A DNA stretch of 64,000 nucleotides from Octopus sinensis (GCF_006345805.1 NC_043007.1:46996001-47060000), one strand, 5' to 3'; counted from the first letter of the stretch, positions 1-14,690 are shown. The notes: generated from the sequence alone by a model not told the origin. A program made the numbers and translations.

Positions 1-288
1 CAGACATGCATGCACGCGCAAACAATCACATAAACAAACATATGTTGCACCTGCGTGTTGTTCCATTACCTGTCATCTTTTGTTTCCTGTAAATTTGAAC
101 CATGTAGATAAATACACACATCTATAAATATATGTATATACATACTTGCAATGAAATTGTTGACCATCCTTAGAATCCATTCAACACAATACATTCACAC
201 AGCTGACCATATTCTCAGTAGAAAAGGAATTTGTCATTTAATTCAATAAAATTTCTGACAACTGAAATCCATTTAGCACAATATATAT

Positions 289-335
289 ATGCCGCTGATG
301 ATTTTCAGATCAAAAATGAAATAAAGATATACATT
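289..335 (+). ncRNA. Degenerate hammerhead relic related to 27507-27568
   Basis: CTGATGA-ttttcagatcaaaaat-GAAA-taaagata-TA-cat shares ttttcagat...aatGAAAt with family F, but stems I and III pair poorly. Confidence 0.35.
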
Positions 336-796
336 GATACAAAAATACTTCCTTCCTCAAAACAATATCTTCAAAAAAAAAAATCACGTACACACACACA
401 CCACAAACATGCAAACATACACACACACACACACACATATAAATATATATATATATATAAATTATATACACATATATACATATACATATACTTATGTATA
501 TGTGTGTGTATGTATATAATCAAAATAAGCAACAAGTATATCCAGAGGTCATACAGTACGATCGTTTCACGTAACTCCATTTAATACATAGAATTTAATT
601 AAATTATTACAGATGGACACATTAGTATGACTTTACCTAAAGTCTCCAAGAAGTTAAGGAGATAGACAAAGAACATGCTGCTTTCACTTGTAGCTTATTT
701 GGATTCCAATCAACTTATTTTGAAATTTTATGGATAATTCGTACCATTGTCATCTGAATCTAAATTTTTGCTAAACTCACATACCATACACAAACG

Positions 797-857
<61 letters not shown>

Positions 858-960
858 TGTGTGTGTGTGTGAGTGTGTATGTATATATATATATATACAT
901 ATATATATGTATATATATATGTGTGTGTGTGTGTGTATGTGTGTGTGATTGTGTGTGTGT
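797..960. repeat. Compound (TA)n/(TG)n microsatellite
   Basis: Direct inspection. Confidence 0.95.
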
Positions 961-1029
961 AAGAAGTAATTGAGATTCAGTTGAATTAGGCACTTAAGTT
1001 TAAGCACACAGTCAGAGAGGTATTAACCG

Positions 1030-2050
1030 TACAACGCAAAGTAAGGTTAATAAAATCAAAATAAGCAACAGGATATCAAGTGGTGATGCAGCACGACCGT
1101 TTCAACCGGCTTTATTTAACTGACCAATGCAAGCATTACATCAATTCAAATGCAGGCCTATCCTCAGCTGCATAAATAAATAGAATGTTTAATCAGTTGG
1201 ATACATTAATATAATTTTACTCAAATTCTCTAATAGAGCCAGAAGACGCTGATTCTCAGCTTATAATTAATATGAAGATAGCATGATTTATCGCCCCTGT
1301 ATTCCATAAGTAAATATACAAAGCAATCTTAATAGTACAGAAACCACTTTGATATGTAAATAATTAAGTAGAGGAATGAATATTAAACTAATTCTATGTA
1401 TTCTTCCCTTTCTAATGTTGAAAATTAGTATACACAAACGTTTTATATGTTCTCGTTATAATATCATTTTTAGTAATTTTAAATTTTATCATTATAGAAG
1501 ATAACAATATTGTTTATATACAATCATCCATAATACCCCATGATAATTTATTCTTTATTTACATCATATGTTTTATTAGCGTCTTGCGCCTTTAACTGGT
1601 GCTTAACATCTTGATTTGGGATCTTCCCCTACCCAGCCTCCTTTACAGACAGTTAATTATATAAATAATAAAATGCTGACAATATTAATGGCCATACCCA
1701 ACTATAAACTGTCAACTCACTCCTTTCTAAGCATACACTGATAGTTGATAAAAAAAGCACTAATAAATTAAAAATTAACCAAAATCCTTTACAAGCTATG
1801 ACCTTAGCAAACCTCATACCGTGTAGTATATTCTTAGCTACATTAGTAGCAACATGGACTATTTTCCTCTTCTGGCTCTTTTAGAGAATTTGAGTAAAAT
1901 TATATTAATGTGTCCAACTGATTAAAAATTTTATTTATTTATGCAGCTATTTAAATTGATGAAATAAATGATTGCATTGCTCAATTAAATGGAGCCGCTT
2001 GAAACGGTCGTACAGGATCAACTCTTGATATCCTGTTGCGTATTTTGATT
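1030..2050. mobile_element. Old non-coding PLE-like unit with inverted HHR-bearing ends
   Basis: ~1055-1250 is an inverted repeat of ~1868-2048 (aatcagttggatacattaatataattttactcaaattctct vs agagaatttgagtaaaattatattaatgtgtccaactgatt). A more diverged relative lies at ~520-665. Confidence 0.65.
1086..1173 (-). ncRNA. Type I hammerhead with long stem II and a mutated cleavage site (family G)
   Basis: Minus strand: atgcag-CTGAGGA-taggc...gccggtt-GAAA-cggtcg-TG-ctgcat. The triplet is GUG here but GUA in related copies at ~2001-2012 and ~555-568. Confidence 0.65.
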
Positions 2051-3434
2051 ATATATGTATGTATGTCTTTGTGTTTATCCCACACCACCGCTTGACAACT
2101 GGTATTGGTGTTTTTACGTTCCCTTAACTTAGTGATTCGATAAATTACCGATAAAATAACTACCAGGCTGAAGAGAAAGTATGTACTGAGTTCGGAAAAG
2201 GTGGCCAAAAATTCAATTCTTCAAGAATTATTGTGTGCGTGGGGTATGAGTGTGTGTGGGGGTGTATGTGTGTCTGTCTGTCTGTGTGGGCGGAAGATCT
2301 GGGCAACGAGAAACAATTTGATTTCATCACATCTAAACATTTATTCACCTCCCCGGCATATTTTGATAATTCCTAGTAAGAAAACTTAATTCCGTAATTA
2401 CTTTGAATCAAGTTTTTCTTTATCATCTTCTGTTATGCAAGATCTTGTCAGTTATGTGTCATTGACTGTATTTTTCTTGGCAACGAACTTGCATGACATT
2501 TTCTAATCTCATTTCAATTTTACCTTGTAGCAGTTTTTCTCTTATTAAAATTAATTTCTTTTGTTATTTCTAAATCTTCTTCACAATTGTTATTGCATCC
2601 ACTTTTTTATTTGTTGACGTATCTGAAGAGGAGATTTAAAAAATCAAAAAGTTGTTTTGATTTGTATATGTTTTATTAATTTCCACTTAATTTTTACAAG
2701 ATAATTTGGAATTCAAGAGTTAAGATTTAAAAATAACTTTTTTTTTGTAAAAAGCCCGTTTTATTTCTTGCTTGCGTTTGAGTTCAGAATATATTTCTCA
2801 GTGATGTGTGCAACATACAGCGATATTTATTTTATTGTTTTCATGAGTAGCCTTGTTAACACACTGGATACTTTGTTGAAAATGCTTTTTACTGGGACAG
2901 CTACCTATAGGAGTAAATATTACCTATTATTTACATTTAGTTAAATTTAACCATCACATAACGTGCAGATTTATTCCTTTTAAATATTCCTTAGTTTGTT
3001 CATGTCGTAGTCTGTCATATTTATAATAATTTATGAATTAGTACTGTTGGTCTCTTAGGCTATGGTCTAGTTACCTCATCGCTCTTTTTTCACTAACAAG
3101 ACAATGGCATTCTTGAAGAGCTTGCCTCTTTCTAAGTTGCACATTTTTGTCATTTAATTATTGTTGCATAGGACTTGCATAGAATTCCATTCTAGTTTAA
3201 CATACATCTGAAATGCAAAATAGAAATGAAAGTAAATGTTGTGTATCTAGAATGTATATTTCCTTTTCTAATAAGTATTGCATTTGTTTTTATAGTTACG
3301 TAAGTACTTTATGCTCATTGATTATTTTATATATGTCTAATGAATATACGGATGAAGAGATTGTTAAAAAGTCTTATGATAATCATGTATTTCACTCGCT
3401 TTCTGAACTCAAGTATTATTGTATTATTAATGCG

Positions 3435-3880
3435 TAACGATGGTTTCAAATTTTGGAATAAGGCCAGCAACGTCAGATCAACGGATAAGTCGATTACACC
3501 GATGCCAGTGCTCAACTGGTACTTATTTTATCGACCTCGAAAGGTTGAAAGGCAAAGCCGTCTTCGGTGGAATTTGAACTTAGAACGTAAAGACATGCGA
3601 AATACGACTAAGCACTTACACCGGTGTGGAAACGATTCCGCCAGCTTACCAACTTCTGCTAATCAATAAATTTTTCTACTGTTGTCAAAAGATCCATGAA
3701 TTTTGGGTGTGGGTCTAGTTGATTGCATCCACCTTAGCGCTCAGCTAGTACCTATTTATCGAACCATAACGGACGAAAGGCAAAGTTGACCTCGGTGGCA
3801 TTTGAAATCAGAACGTAAACGCTGATGAAATACCGGTAAGTATTTTGCCCGGCGTACTAACGATTCTACCAGCTCACGCT
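3435..3880 (-). mobile_element. Two adjacent tRNA-derived SINE copies
   Basis: Reverse complement of the same SINE core (gaaaggcaaagtcgacctcggtggaatttgaact) at ~3545 and ~3775. Confidence 0.8.
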
Positions 3881-5456
3881 TTCTACTAATCAAGTATTAA
3901 CAATTACACGAGCATTTTCAAAATAGTCCCCATCTGCTCTCCCGGAAATGAAATAATTTGTAGCTCATCTTTCTAACCATTTCAAAAAATCATTAAATAT
4001 TTTGGCGAGTACCTTTAAACAATCTTAAGGAAAGTGAAGTCTTTGACGTGCCAGTTTTTTTTAAAAAAACGATAATCATAAGCAAAGAAAACAATTGCTT
4101 TAAACTTCTTGCTATTGCATTTCTTTTTTAAAACTATGGCCTCTTTCTTTAAGAACTTCTTAAATGAGGCAGTAAGCTGATTTTTGTAGGAGCTGTTGCG
4201 GTTTTTCTAAAGGGATATTCTCTCTAGTGATCTCACAATGGCAGCGATATTTTAATAACTAACGGGACCTTACAGACATATTGTATATATATATTGTTTG
4301 ACTGAAAAATGGATAATGCAATGATGGTGTCGAAGATAGACTGAAATACAAGTATTCATATCTGTAAATAACGAGAAGTGTTATTTAATGAAACATTTAG
4401 AAAACTATGAGTAGGTATGTAGGTATATTCGAATGTTAAGCTCAAATGCTAGCATAGTTTATCAATGATACAATTTTCTCCTGTAAGAATTACGCTTGAA
4501 ATTTTAAGTGATATTTCTATATTCATAACTGAAAAAAATTTAGAGGTTGGACATTTATCTTTAAATAACTACAATTGTTTCCGCGCAACTTAGCTCTCGA
4601 GGCGTACCTGTAATTGATTATGCAACCGCTTCCCTGCATTATGAAATCTATATGTGTTTCTTCAGGTGATATGTAAATAGTGTCTCCTTAAATTCTAACT
4701 CCGCGATTTCAAGAACACCTTATCTGCCTGTCGTGGCCTAAATTTAATAGTAGTCACTATGTTTATCGGGGCATGCTGTTGCTGAAGAACTACTGGCAAA
4801 CTTCTTTGACTGTGTAGATGTACTGGGCCGGTGATTCTGCCTCTGTTAAAGTGGTTCCGGTTTAAATGGATTGGCAGTTAATTTCTTTGTACAGTTGACT
4901 TGAAATAGGATGGTCCATAATAAAAAGTGCATAGCCATATAATACACTATCCAGCGTATGTGACTTCTGCCTTGAGGAAGCCTCGTCTTGTGCGTCTTGT
5001 TAAATAACGAAAACTTGGTAAACAAGCATCCTGAGAAAGTACCGAGATGTTGCCACCGCGCCAAATATTCAATTTCCAGATTCAGCTCAGTGAACTCTCG
5101 CTGCCCCCTTCCACCATATCATTGCGTGCTTGTGTCGGGTTGTGTTTATATATATATGTATACGTGCCTGTATGTGTGTTTAATATGCATGAGTGTATAC
5201 ACCTACATAAGCAAATATATATGTGTGTAAGTGTGTGTATGCACACATGAGCGTCTGTATATTATATGCGTGCGTTTGTATGTATATATATTTGTGTATG
5301 TATGTAAATGCGCGTAAATATCTGCATATGTGTGCGTGTGGGTGTATATATAACATAAATATATATATGCATATATATATATAGTATATATAAGTATATA
5401 CATATAAAAAGTATGTATATATAGGTATGTATGTAGGTATATATATATATATGTAA

Positions 5457-5487
<31 letters not shown>

Positions 5488-5597
5488 CATACGTATATGT
5501 ACATACTTACATCTGGACATCTGGAACATGAAGTATCCTTTCGAACAACGAAAGAAACAATTACAAAACAAAACAAACAGCATAAAGAACGACCCTC

Positions 5598-5762
5598 CAT
5601 CAGTTGTTGGTCATTTTCCTAGTCTCGTATTTCGAGCATTTAACAACAATATATGTTTTCGATAAAATAGTTGCGACCGCAAGGAAAATGAAGTAAAATT
5701 TGGGATTTTGCGTGGGGTCAGAATTGGTAGCACAAACAGGACAGTCAAAACAAGCAGGAAGG
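5598..5762. repeat. Interspersed repeat shared with ~50877-51030
   Basis: tcagttgt..atttcgagcattt/aaacaacaatata..acagttg..aaatttgggattt..gtca..ttgg..cacaaaca.gacagt aligns by eye. Both copies are adjacent to microsatellites. Confidence 0.6.
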
Positions 5763-5765
5763 GCT

Positions 5766-5825
5766 ATATAGATATATATATATATATATTATATATATAT
5801 ATGTATATATATATATGTATATATA

Positions 5826-5866
<41 letters not shown>

Positions 5867-5898
5867 AGGGGATTTGGTATAAGGAAACTGAAAGAAGG

Positions 5899-5980
<82 letters not shown>

Positions 5981-5987
5981 TAGATAT

Positions 5988-6082
<95 letters not shown>
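5766..6082. repeat. Compound (TA)n/(CT)n/(GATA)n microsatellite
   Basis: Direct inspection. Confidence 0.95.
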
Positions 6083-6084
6083 TG

Positions 6085-6275
6085 TGTGTTGGTCCTCCAC
6101 CATCGCTTGACAACCAGTGTTGATGATTTTACGTCCACGTAACTTAGCATTTCGGCAAAATAGAAAGACAGTATAAGTATCAAACTTTAAAAATCATAAG
6201 TATTGGGCTTGATTACTTCGGCTAAAATTATTGATTGTGATGCTCCAGAATGTCCGCAGTCCAATGAATGAAATA
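6085..6275 (+). mobile_element. SINE fragment, second family (also ~2075-2195)
   Basis: ccaccatcgcttgacaaccagtgttg..tttacgtcc..gtaacttagc shared with 2080-2135. Confidence 0.65.
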
Positions 6276-6999
6276 AGAAAAAGAGAAACAGTGTATGAAA
6301 GCATGCAGAAGCATTCAGAGACGTGACTTAAAACAATATTTCTTGTGTATAAAATATAACAAGAATAATACGGGCCAAATTTCTTTATTGAGTTCCGTTA
6401 AATAACAATATCATGAATGAGCGATTCCGAATAGAAATTTTAAAGAGAGACAGATCAATAATCTCGCAACCAGTCTAAATCTGATTTGACGGAAGCCAAC
6501 CATCTCTATTTTCTTTCGTGAGATATTAGTAAATCTATAAAATTGATAAATGGATAATGTGTCGCACGAAACTTTACAGTGCAACTTGGTTTTCTATCAA
6601 TTACATTATCAGGCGAACATCTTGGCAGGAAAGTTTCAAACAGAAATAATTTCCACTATTTCCAGATTATATATTGTTTACGTAAGGAAAGGTAATTCTC
6701 TTTGTGTATTCTGTTAAAGATTTTTTTTTTTTTTCTCTTTCTTGAAACTTTCAGCGAAAATCAGTGACTTTCCCCAAACGAAGTTATGTGGCAAAGTTTC
6801 TTTCAGTTATTCAGAACATAATGAAAGCGTAGCTGCTAATTTAGAGATGCTTTCCAGAATGTTCTTACCTGAACTGCCATAAATACGTTAATAATAAATT
6901 ATCTAAAATAGTCTCTCACATTCCCATGCCCTGAAATTTCATCAGAAAGTAAGAAATAGAGTGCTAAACGTAAGTAACTATTAATAACTACAACCACAG

Positions 7000-9560
7000 C
7001 AGCAACAAAAATATTTTTATTAATTTTTTATTCCCCTTAAACGGGTCATCCTCACCAAATTCACCCATCTTTTAACAGGTTTACTGGGAAGCAGCACTTC
7101 CCATTCTCCACTCACGTTCCTTTTCACGTGAAATCTGAAAACGGTGATGAGGGCTTGCTTGAGGAGAAAAGTGCCTGTCTTCAGCCCTTTCAATTACGTT
7201 CACCACGTCACCTATTTCACCATAACCACCAGACAGAAAAAAGTCCCTGCCTTTCTGTGACAAAGAAGTTTGGCGATCGTCAAGAAGAAGTCCGTCGATA
7301 GCTGAATCCGTCCTAGACTGGAAAATGCAGGAGTACATTCCGAACGGTTTTGTCGCTCTATAGACATTGCGAACAGAACTGTCTGGCAACACCTTCGTAC
7401 ATGTAGAGATTATCCTGAACTGACAAAGCCCCCAGGAATCACTACCATGCCACTGATTTCTGGCAATTATCCGTAACCACCAGCCCCCACGTCCGAACGT
7501 CCTCAGCAGCTAACTTATTTCTCTCGATGTCCACAGCTTTCCCTATGTCATCGAGATACTTTTTCGCCACTAATCACCAATAGAACCCCAAGGTCGAATT
7601 TCCATCGTCTGCATTACCCGGCTGGTAGAGAGCTGTGAGCGTTTGACGAAACACCAGGTGCCTATCGCCTTTACTCAGTCTCCGATTTATCCAGACCGTA
7701 GGTCAGACACTGAGACATACTGAGTAAAATCCTGCCTTACAAACGGTGACAACACCGGCTGAACATCAAGGAATCGCTGGAGATTTTCCAGCCTTAGAGC
7801 ATGTCTGTACATCATGAACTACATCATGTCCATCACTCTACGCAGCGGCTGCTGACAACAAATGGATCGTCTGACAAGTGGAACCTGTCCCATCCATCCA
7901 GTCTTCCAAGATGTTCTCGGGTAGAATGGATCTACTTCTCCTCTCATCGATTCGCATTCCTTTGGGGTAGTACCGATCACCACGATTTTCGAGATATCAT
8001 ACTATTACGGTGACGTTATTCGCGTAAGCGACATGAATCTTTTGCATCCTAGTTCACGCATAAAACATCCATTTTCTGCAATAGTAGCTCGACAGTCAGC
8101 ACGCAGAGAAGGAATGAGAGGAAGCATGCTTTGCAGGACAAACATATGATGTTAAACGATTCCGATCGGTGGCCTGATCACTGAGCACTATCGCTGTACA
8201 TAGCCAGGCCGAAGCCGAACACCGCGCGAACGTTTCCCCAAGTATTGATGTTCTAGCCAATCGAAAGATTTCGATTGATACAAACTGATCAGGGATCTAT
8301 CAGTTTCCTTCCTACCCTCTCTGTGATGTAGTCGTCGATAGGTCTTTTTGAGATAGGGCATATCTGCCCATCAGTGACCAGTCATTCAACGGCAAGCGCC
8401 AACTTCTTGGTTAACGCCTTGGCCAAAATCACTTCATCTAATTTTAGCAGAGTTACCAGCCTAAAATTATCACGATATCGCCCACTATACTGTTCGGATC
8501 TTTTCTCAGCAGCACCACCACAGCCAATGAGCCAAGAGATCACCGAATAAGTCTGGGAATATGAAGACAAAAGCACGAAACTATCCAATGCCGGTGACTT
8601 TTCACTTGTAATTGTATCACGCATGTCTTCTGCTATTATCGGCATTTCGTAGAACTCCCCATCCCTGGCCCAACCTTGTGGGAGGCCGTCAAAGTATGTG
8701 ATAAGATCACCTTCGTTCCCCACCCACCACTCTCTCCGTACAGTTCATCAGAATGCTTCTTGAATTCCACACACAATTGCTTTGGTTCGAATAGCAAGAG
8801 CTTATCTTGACCTTTCAAAGATCAAATTGTGGCTTTGCTGCCATGTAACGACTCTGTCATTCCGGCCTCTCAAAAGTCTCCCGTCTCTCTTGTCTTACAG
8901 CACGCGTCCTAGCTCTGACAACGCGGCCTTAATACTTAGCAGTTGTTCGAGAGTCAATCTCGTCGCCAGCATGTCGGTCGTTTTACCTTTCCAAAGTTCC
9001 CCTTCTACCTTCCTAACTAGGTCTATCTCTGCTCTAGATTTTGCTATGGCTATTCCTTCGCTAAATCATAATGCAATTATTGTAAATGGGTGGATGTGGC
9101 GAGTGCTCACATCTCCTCCGTCTTCATTTATCGCCTGAACGTTGCTCCCTAACACGATTGCAGCTTTAGTTACTTGTGGAAATGATGTGCCCTAATGGCC
9201 CAGCGGTGAGTCTGATATCGGTACCCTTTGAGTAGTGGCTTAGGTACACTGCCTTTCTCATTCGCAGACACGTGCTCAGGCTGCAATGATTTCTGGACGG
9301 TAAGCAGATGTGGTCTCCGTTTTTGAGGCAAGTCATTCAGTAGCTCATCGCCTAATCTGTGAGCAATAGTCCAGGATAAAGAAAATACAAGACCACGAGT
9401 GAGCACCTGACACCTAGAGTATCACCAGGTACTCAAAGCCTTCAACCACTGGGGTCCGAACATGTCTTATTTTCATTTTTTTTATCATTTCATCATATGT
9501 AAACCCCAACACTTTATCTCTGTAGTGTTCCTCTCGTCCATCACCAAGGTAGAAAAGTAA
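7000..9560 (-). mobile_element. Decayed Tx1/L1-clade non-LTR retrotransposon ORF2
   Basis: ORF 8382-8723 has KSPALDS and DNFRLVTLLKLDEVILAKALTKKL, matching the RT N-terminal motifs KSPGxDG and RPITLLNxDYKILAK. GC content is higher than the flanks; boundaries are approximate. Confidence 0.75.
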
Positions 9561-9569
9561 ATAAATTAA

Positions 9570-9617
<48 letters not shown>

Positions 9618-9618
<1 letters not shown>

Positions 9619-11660
9619 GTCACACAGTATACAATATCGTGAGGTTGTTGATCGTAGCTATTACGTCTACTAGGAGTCTGTATTGTCTGTCAGGTTACAA
9701 CAATGACCTCAGACATACAGTACTTTACGCAATATACGTGCAGTCCCAAGTAATGCCAATTTTTGAAATACACCCAGATTGTAGGGTATTTCTAAAGTTT
9801 CAGATGTGCTTTTCAGATTGGGTGTTATTGAACCCAATACTTCGATGACAATAGGGATAACCTTTATGTTTGACTCTCGTAGCTGCCACATTTTAGCTAT
9901 CTCTATTTTCAGGTCTTCACAGTTATCAGTCTTTTCTCTTTCTTTCGTGATATGTTGATCTCCTGGCACAGCCGCGTCATCTATTAGGCACTCTTGTTTC
10001 TCCCCCCTAAAGATTATTATATCCGGTCTTCGGTGCTCTAATACATTGTCTGTCTGGTAGTCAAAGTCCCAGAAGATTTTTGCTTTCTCCTTTTTGTCCA
10101 TTACCTTTCCAGGTGTATGTTCGTACCAAGCACTCGTAACCTCATATCCGTACTTACAACATAGATACCAATGGAGGTTTTCAGATACCTTGTGGTGTAT
10201 GCGCTCGTACTCTTTCTGTGTAATATTTTCACAAGCACTAACAATGTGAGTCACAATTTCCACCCTCTTTTAGGTCACCACGATGATGCTTCCTGGTCAA
10301 AATTCATGAGCACTCTCAAGTCCATTTTTGTTAAATTCTTCTGCATTAGGAGCATACTGTAGCGGGTCTTGTTTGCTGTTCACCAAATATTGTTATGTTT
10401 CTTCTTTCACTGCTGATGCCCTCCGTACGCTATTCAGCCCACGTCCACTTTTACCATCTTCATGTAGAGCCTGTGTACATTCACCTTAGGGTGGGGAGCA
10501 CCATACATTGTCATTATCTTTCGGGTACTACAATCGAGTTGGTTAATCTCCGCTTGTGTCCATTTCAGGATGCGTGATCTATAGCGGACTACAACAACCG
10601 CCCTTATGCTGATGGCATTCACAAGATTCCTTGAGTTGAGGTTTGATTTCAAGGGACGTTTAAGGAGCTTGAAATATACAATGATGACGTCGTCGTTCAT
10701 TTCTTTTTGCAAGATATTGTCCAGCTCCAGTATCCCAAGATACTTCAACCCATCATCAACCGGGTCTTCCATTATCCCTTCCTTTGGCAATTATATGCCT
10801 CTGCAATTTACTTATTTCCCCCGATTCACAGTAAGCAACGCACACTTCGATATATGGAATTCCATCCCAAATACCTTGCTGCAAATTTACAGTCTCACCC
10901 AGCCTCTCTATTTCAGTTTCTGTTTTGGCAAACAGTTTTAAATCATCCATGACAAGAAGGTGGTTGAGACGAAGTTTATTCTTTCTCAGCTCACAGTGCG
11001 TGTAAACTTTGCGTAGGACTACAGAAAGTGTGAGAAAGGCTATAACAAATAACAGAGGTGAACAAGATTCTCCTTGGAAGATACTTATTTTGATTGTTAC
11101 CTCGTCTAAGTGCTAGTTGTTACAGGAAAGACGTGTTTTCTAACTAGGCATGCTGTTCTTAATCAGTGCACACACGTTCTCAGCTATTCCACACATGTTG
11201 AGTAAGCCTTTTTAAAGTCTATCCAGGCATGCACAATTTCTTTTTTTGGTACCGTTTTTAGTTCTTCATTACAACCTTGCCTACAAGGTGGTCCTTTGTA
11301 GCCTTGCATACTTTTCGGCACCCCTTTTGTTCTAATGGAAGTATATTGTTTTCCGCAAGGAACGTATATATTGTCTATGCAGGGATGCCTGTTATCACTA
11401 TCCATAAGAAGTTGAGTCAAGCAACGGGTCGGTAATTGCTAACCTCATTACCCATTGACCGGTCTTCAATCAACAATGATGTCGTTCTCTCTACAATCTA
11501 AACCGGAACTGCTCCACACTGTAGGCACACTCTCAAATTGCAACGCAAAGACGCTTGTGTGTTGACCTAAACCACTTGAGCCAGTAGCCTTGAATTACGT
11601 CTGGTACTGCTGCTTCCTAGTTTAGCAGTTTTGATACCTGTGCAATTACATTTTCCGTTG
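9618..11660 (-). mobile_element. Decayed R4/Dong-like non-LTR retrotransposon (RT plus restriction-like endonuclease)
   Basis: MDDLKLFAK, KYLGILE, HIVSAC..H and RRPDIII..LIDDAAVP..KEREK motifs. The 3' UTR abuts (TAA)n at 9571-9617. Confidence 0.85.
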
Positions 11661-11689
11661 TTATGCACACATTGCCGTGTCGTGGAGTC

Positions 11690-12785
11690 TCCGGGTGGTA
11701 GAGTTCGAATCTCATGCAACTTATCAGTATATTCAATCCTACCTTTCTACATAACTCTCAGTGGAATACTCTCCCCTGTTTGTAATGTCTTTTCATGTAT
11801 TCTTTCTGTGATAGCATACTCCATTCACTTACTATATGAGTAAAACTTTCCTCCTTTGATTTGCATAACCTACATTGGGAATCTACTTGGTTTTTGTTTA
11901 CCCTGGCTTTTATCCGATTTGTCCTTAATGCTTGATATTGTGCTGCTACTAATAACATTTCTGTCTCCCTTTTCGGCTTTCCTTTCTGCAACGATAACTA
12001 TGTGTCACATAGTTATCGATAACTATGCGTCACATAGTCAGATAATTTCTATTTTTTTCTGGTTTTTAACTTCTTTTGTTGTTTTGTTTTTTGTTTGTTT
12101 TCGCTATGTCTTGCTGTAATTCTAGCAACTTTTAATAACCTTTGTTCACTACTACCTACATAGGAGTCTGTATCTACTCTAGTTAAATCACCGCAGTCTT
12201 TTACTGATATTAACCTTCCTTTCTAGGTAGATATAATCTTGCTACTCTTGTTTTTCGGGAGCGTCCTCCATTTATATCTATGCCAAATTGCATGGCTATA
12301 TCATTGCTGAAGAGCCGTACAGTGTGTATTAAGGAATCTATCTCTTCTTCATTCTTACTAAGAAGCTTTAGAACATTCATGCAGTGCAAATGGTTAATTT
12401 TTCCCTTTCTATTTCTGAAATGATATCCTGCCTTAATACTAATCTGAGGGGATCAAACATAAGACAAATATTAAAAGTGAAAGCTAGTACCCCTGGAAAA
12501 TTCCTCTTTCGATATTAACTTTCCCTAAGAGCATGTCATCTGAGTAGATATCTACTTTCCATTTCTTCATACAATGATAATTAATTCTATGATGTTGTCT
12601 GCTACACTGAATATACTCAAACATTTACTTATCCATGATTATGGGATCATGTCATAGGATTTCCTATAATCTATCCATGTTATAGTTAGATTTTTCTTAC
12701 TAGATTTTACTTCATTTAGAACTGCTTTGCCTTTATATAATAGATCATGCGTTTCTCTAGACTTCTTCCTGCATCCTTTCAACTT
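11690..12785 (-). mobile_element. Second decayed R4/Dong-like fragment
   Basis: AAQYQALRTN..CRLCKSKEESFTHIVSE (CCHC region) and KGCRKKSR..TWIDYRKSYDMIP (RT motifs). Confidence 0.8.
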
Positions 12786-13420
12786 ATGTACATACACATA
12801 CAAACATATGTACACAGATACATACACATATACATGCGCACATACATACATGCATACATATAGATGCATACTTACATACATGGATAAGCAGCCGCAAGTC
12901 ATCAACTCTTTGTAAATATAAAATCTTTATAAATATCAGAATCTATATTCCATCCACTAAACCATCAGTTCCACATGATAGGTTGCGACCTCTCCTTACT
13001 CTGAATTTACTGAATTTATTGTTTATACAGATATTTTCTGATATTTTTCTTACCAAATCTTCATATAATAACCAATTTTATGGCGTTTAGGTTTGCTCTG
13101 TTTCTGGTTTTCTTTTCTTCTTTATGCCGGTGCGCTTTTTTAAGACAGCTTGATTTAGTATATTGCACAAAGCTATAAATATAGATTTTCTTGCCTAGGT
13201 TGTATTTTTAATCCTTCACAGGGCCTCAGCGACTGGTACGAGGGAATGAAGAAGTTATATTTAAACTGGAAGCATGGACTAAATGCCTGCAAGAGGGTGG
13301 AATCTGCTAACGATATCCGATGTACCAGGTGCTAAGATTAAAACAGAAGAGAGATCATGTCCGCCAATTAAGTAGACCATGATGGGATTTCAACTCATAA
13401 CGGATCAAATATTGTATGTA

Positions 13421-14205
13421 CGAGTGTGTACTCAAAAGTAACTGGTAACGTTCTCTGTAGGACAAGCACGTTGTAATTCCGGCTTCTGCCGCTACTAGCC
13501 ACTTCATGCGACACGCATACATCAGTCTGCCAACCAGCAATCACTGGGTGTGTTTTTGTTTGCGGTGTTTCTCCCCTGTTCGTTGATTTTTGCGACGGCT
13601 GAAGCGAAGTAACAACTTGCTGCCGTAAAATTATGTTTCTGTCTTTAAAAAATGGTGGCCGAAACAGCTGCTATGCTTCAAACAACTTACAACCTCGTTC
13701 AGGGCGACCTTCGACCACCCGAACGAAGGGAAACATCAAGAAAATTCATGAATTGAACCTGGAGGACCGTGAACGAGCAATTGAGAAACTTGTTGAAATG
13801 ATTGGTGAATCCTGAAGCTCCTGCCAACGACGTTTGAGTGAGGAATTGCGAATGATAAAATTTGCAGCATAATTTGTGTCTCCCTGACTCATGGAAGATC
13901 AAAAGCAATCACGACTGAATTCATATCGTGAACTGAAAGAACAGCTAGAAGTTGATCCGGATCATTTTTCGAAGATCATCACTGGTGAGGAAAGCTGCTG
14001 CTGCAGAATTTTGAGATGTAGAAGAGGTGTTAAAGAGTATCATTTCGCAAGGGATTCATCACTGATTCGTGAACAGTGGAAAGCGTGTCTGGACTGACGC
14101 ATTGCTTCAAATGGAGAATAATATGAAGGCGATAAATGTATAAACATGTAAAATTAAATGAATAGAATAACATCGCAAAATTCCGCTTTCTTTGGGTAAC
14201 CCTCA
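13421..14205 (+). mobile_element. Internally deleted mariner-like transposon
   Basis: PRSGRPST and KIITGEES transposase motifs. Degenerate TIRs cgagtgtgtactcaaaagtaac / ttccgctttctttgggtaaccctca, with TA flanks. Confidence 0.8.
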
Positions 14206-14554
14206 TATCTGCTTCCACTCTCCAACGATTGCATTAATCTTCTGTCCTCATTTGGAACTAATCTATTGCACCCGACAGAAGGAAAACTAAAGACTCACCA
14301 GGATTTCAATTCAGAGCAGATAAAGATGGCTGTGCCTATCACATTTTTTCTATAACTACATTTCTCAATGTTTCTTTCCTCTTTAAGATGGCATGGTGGG
14401 ATTCGAGGTATCTTTCACAGTTATTTTTACCGAGCACAACAAACCGTATCAGTGTTCATAGAGACAGGGTTCTTTTTTCCGATCGATGGAATATAAAAGA
14501 AAGATTAGTGTTGTGATTGTTTATGCTGGACTTGTACTGTAACATATATAATGC

Positions 14555-14690
14555 TTACTACATTGGGTACAAAGTCAGCGATTCTTGGAGTCTAGTCGAC
14601 ATCACCGACCTCAGTAATTAACTGGTATATATTTTATTGTCTCCAAAATGTTGAAAAGTAAGATGTTCACGATAGAATTTGAAATCAAAA
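14555..14690 (-). mobile_element. Degenerate SINE
   Basis: Diverged reverse-complement match to the SINE body and tail. Confidence 0.55.

Noticed and set aside
2620-2665. CTGAAGA followed by an AT-rich hairpin
   Set aside because: Lacks GAAA and the remaining helices.
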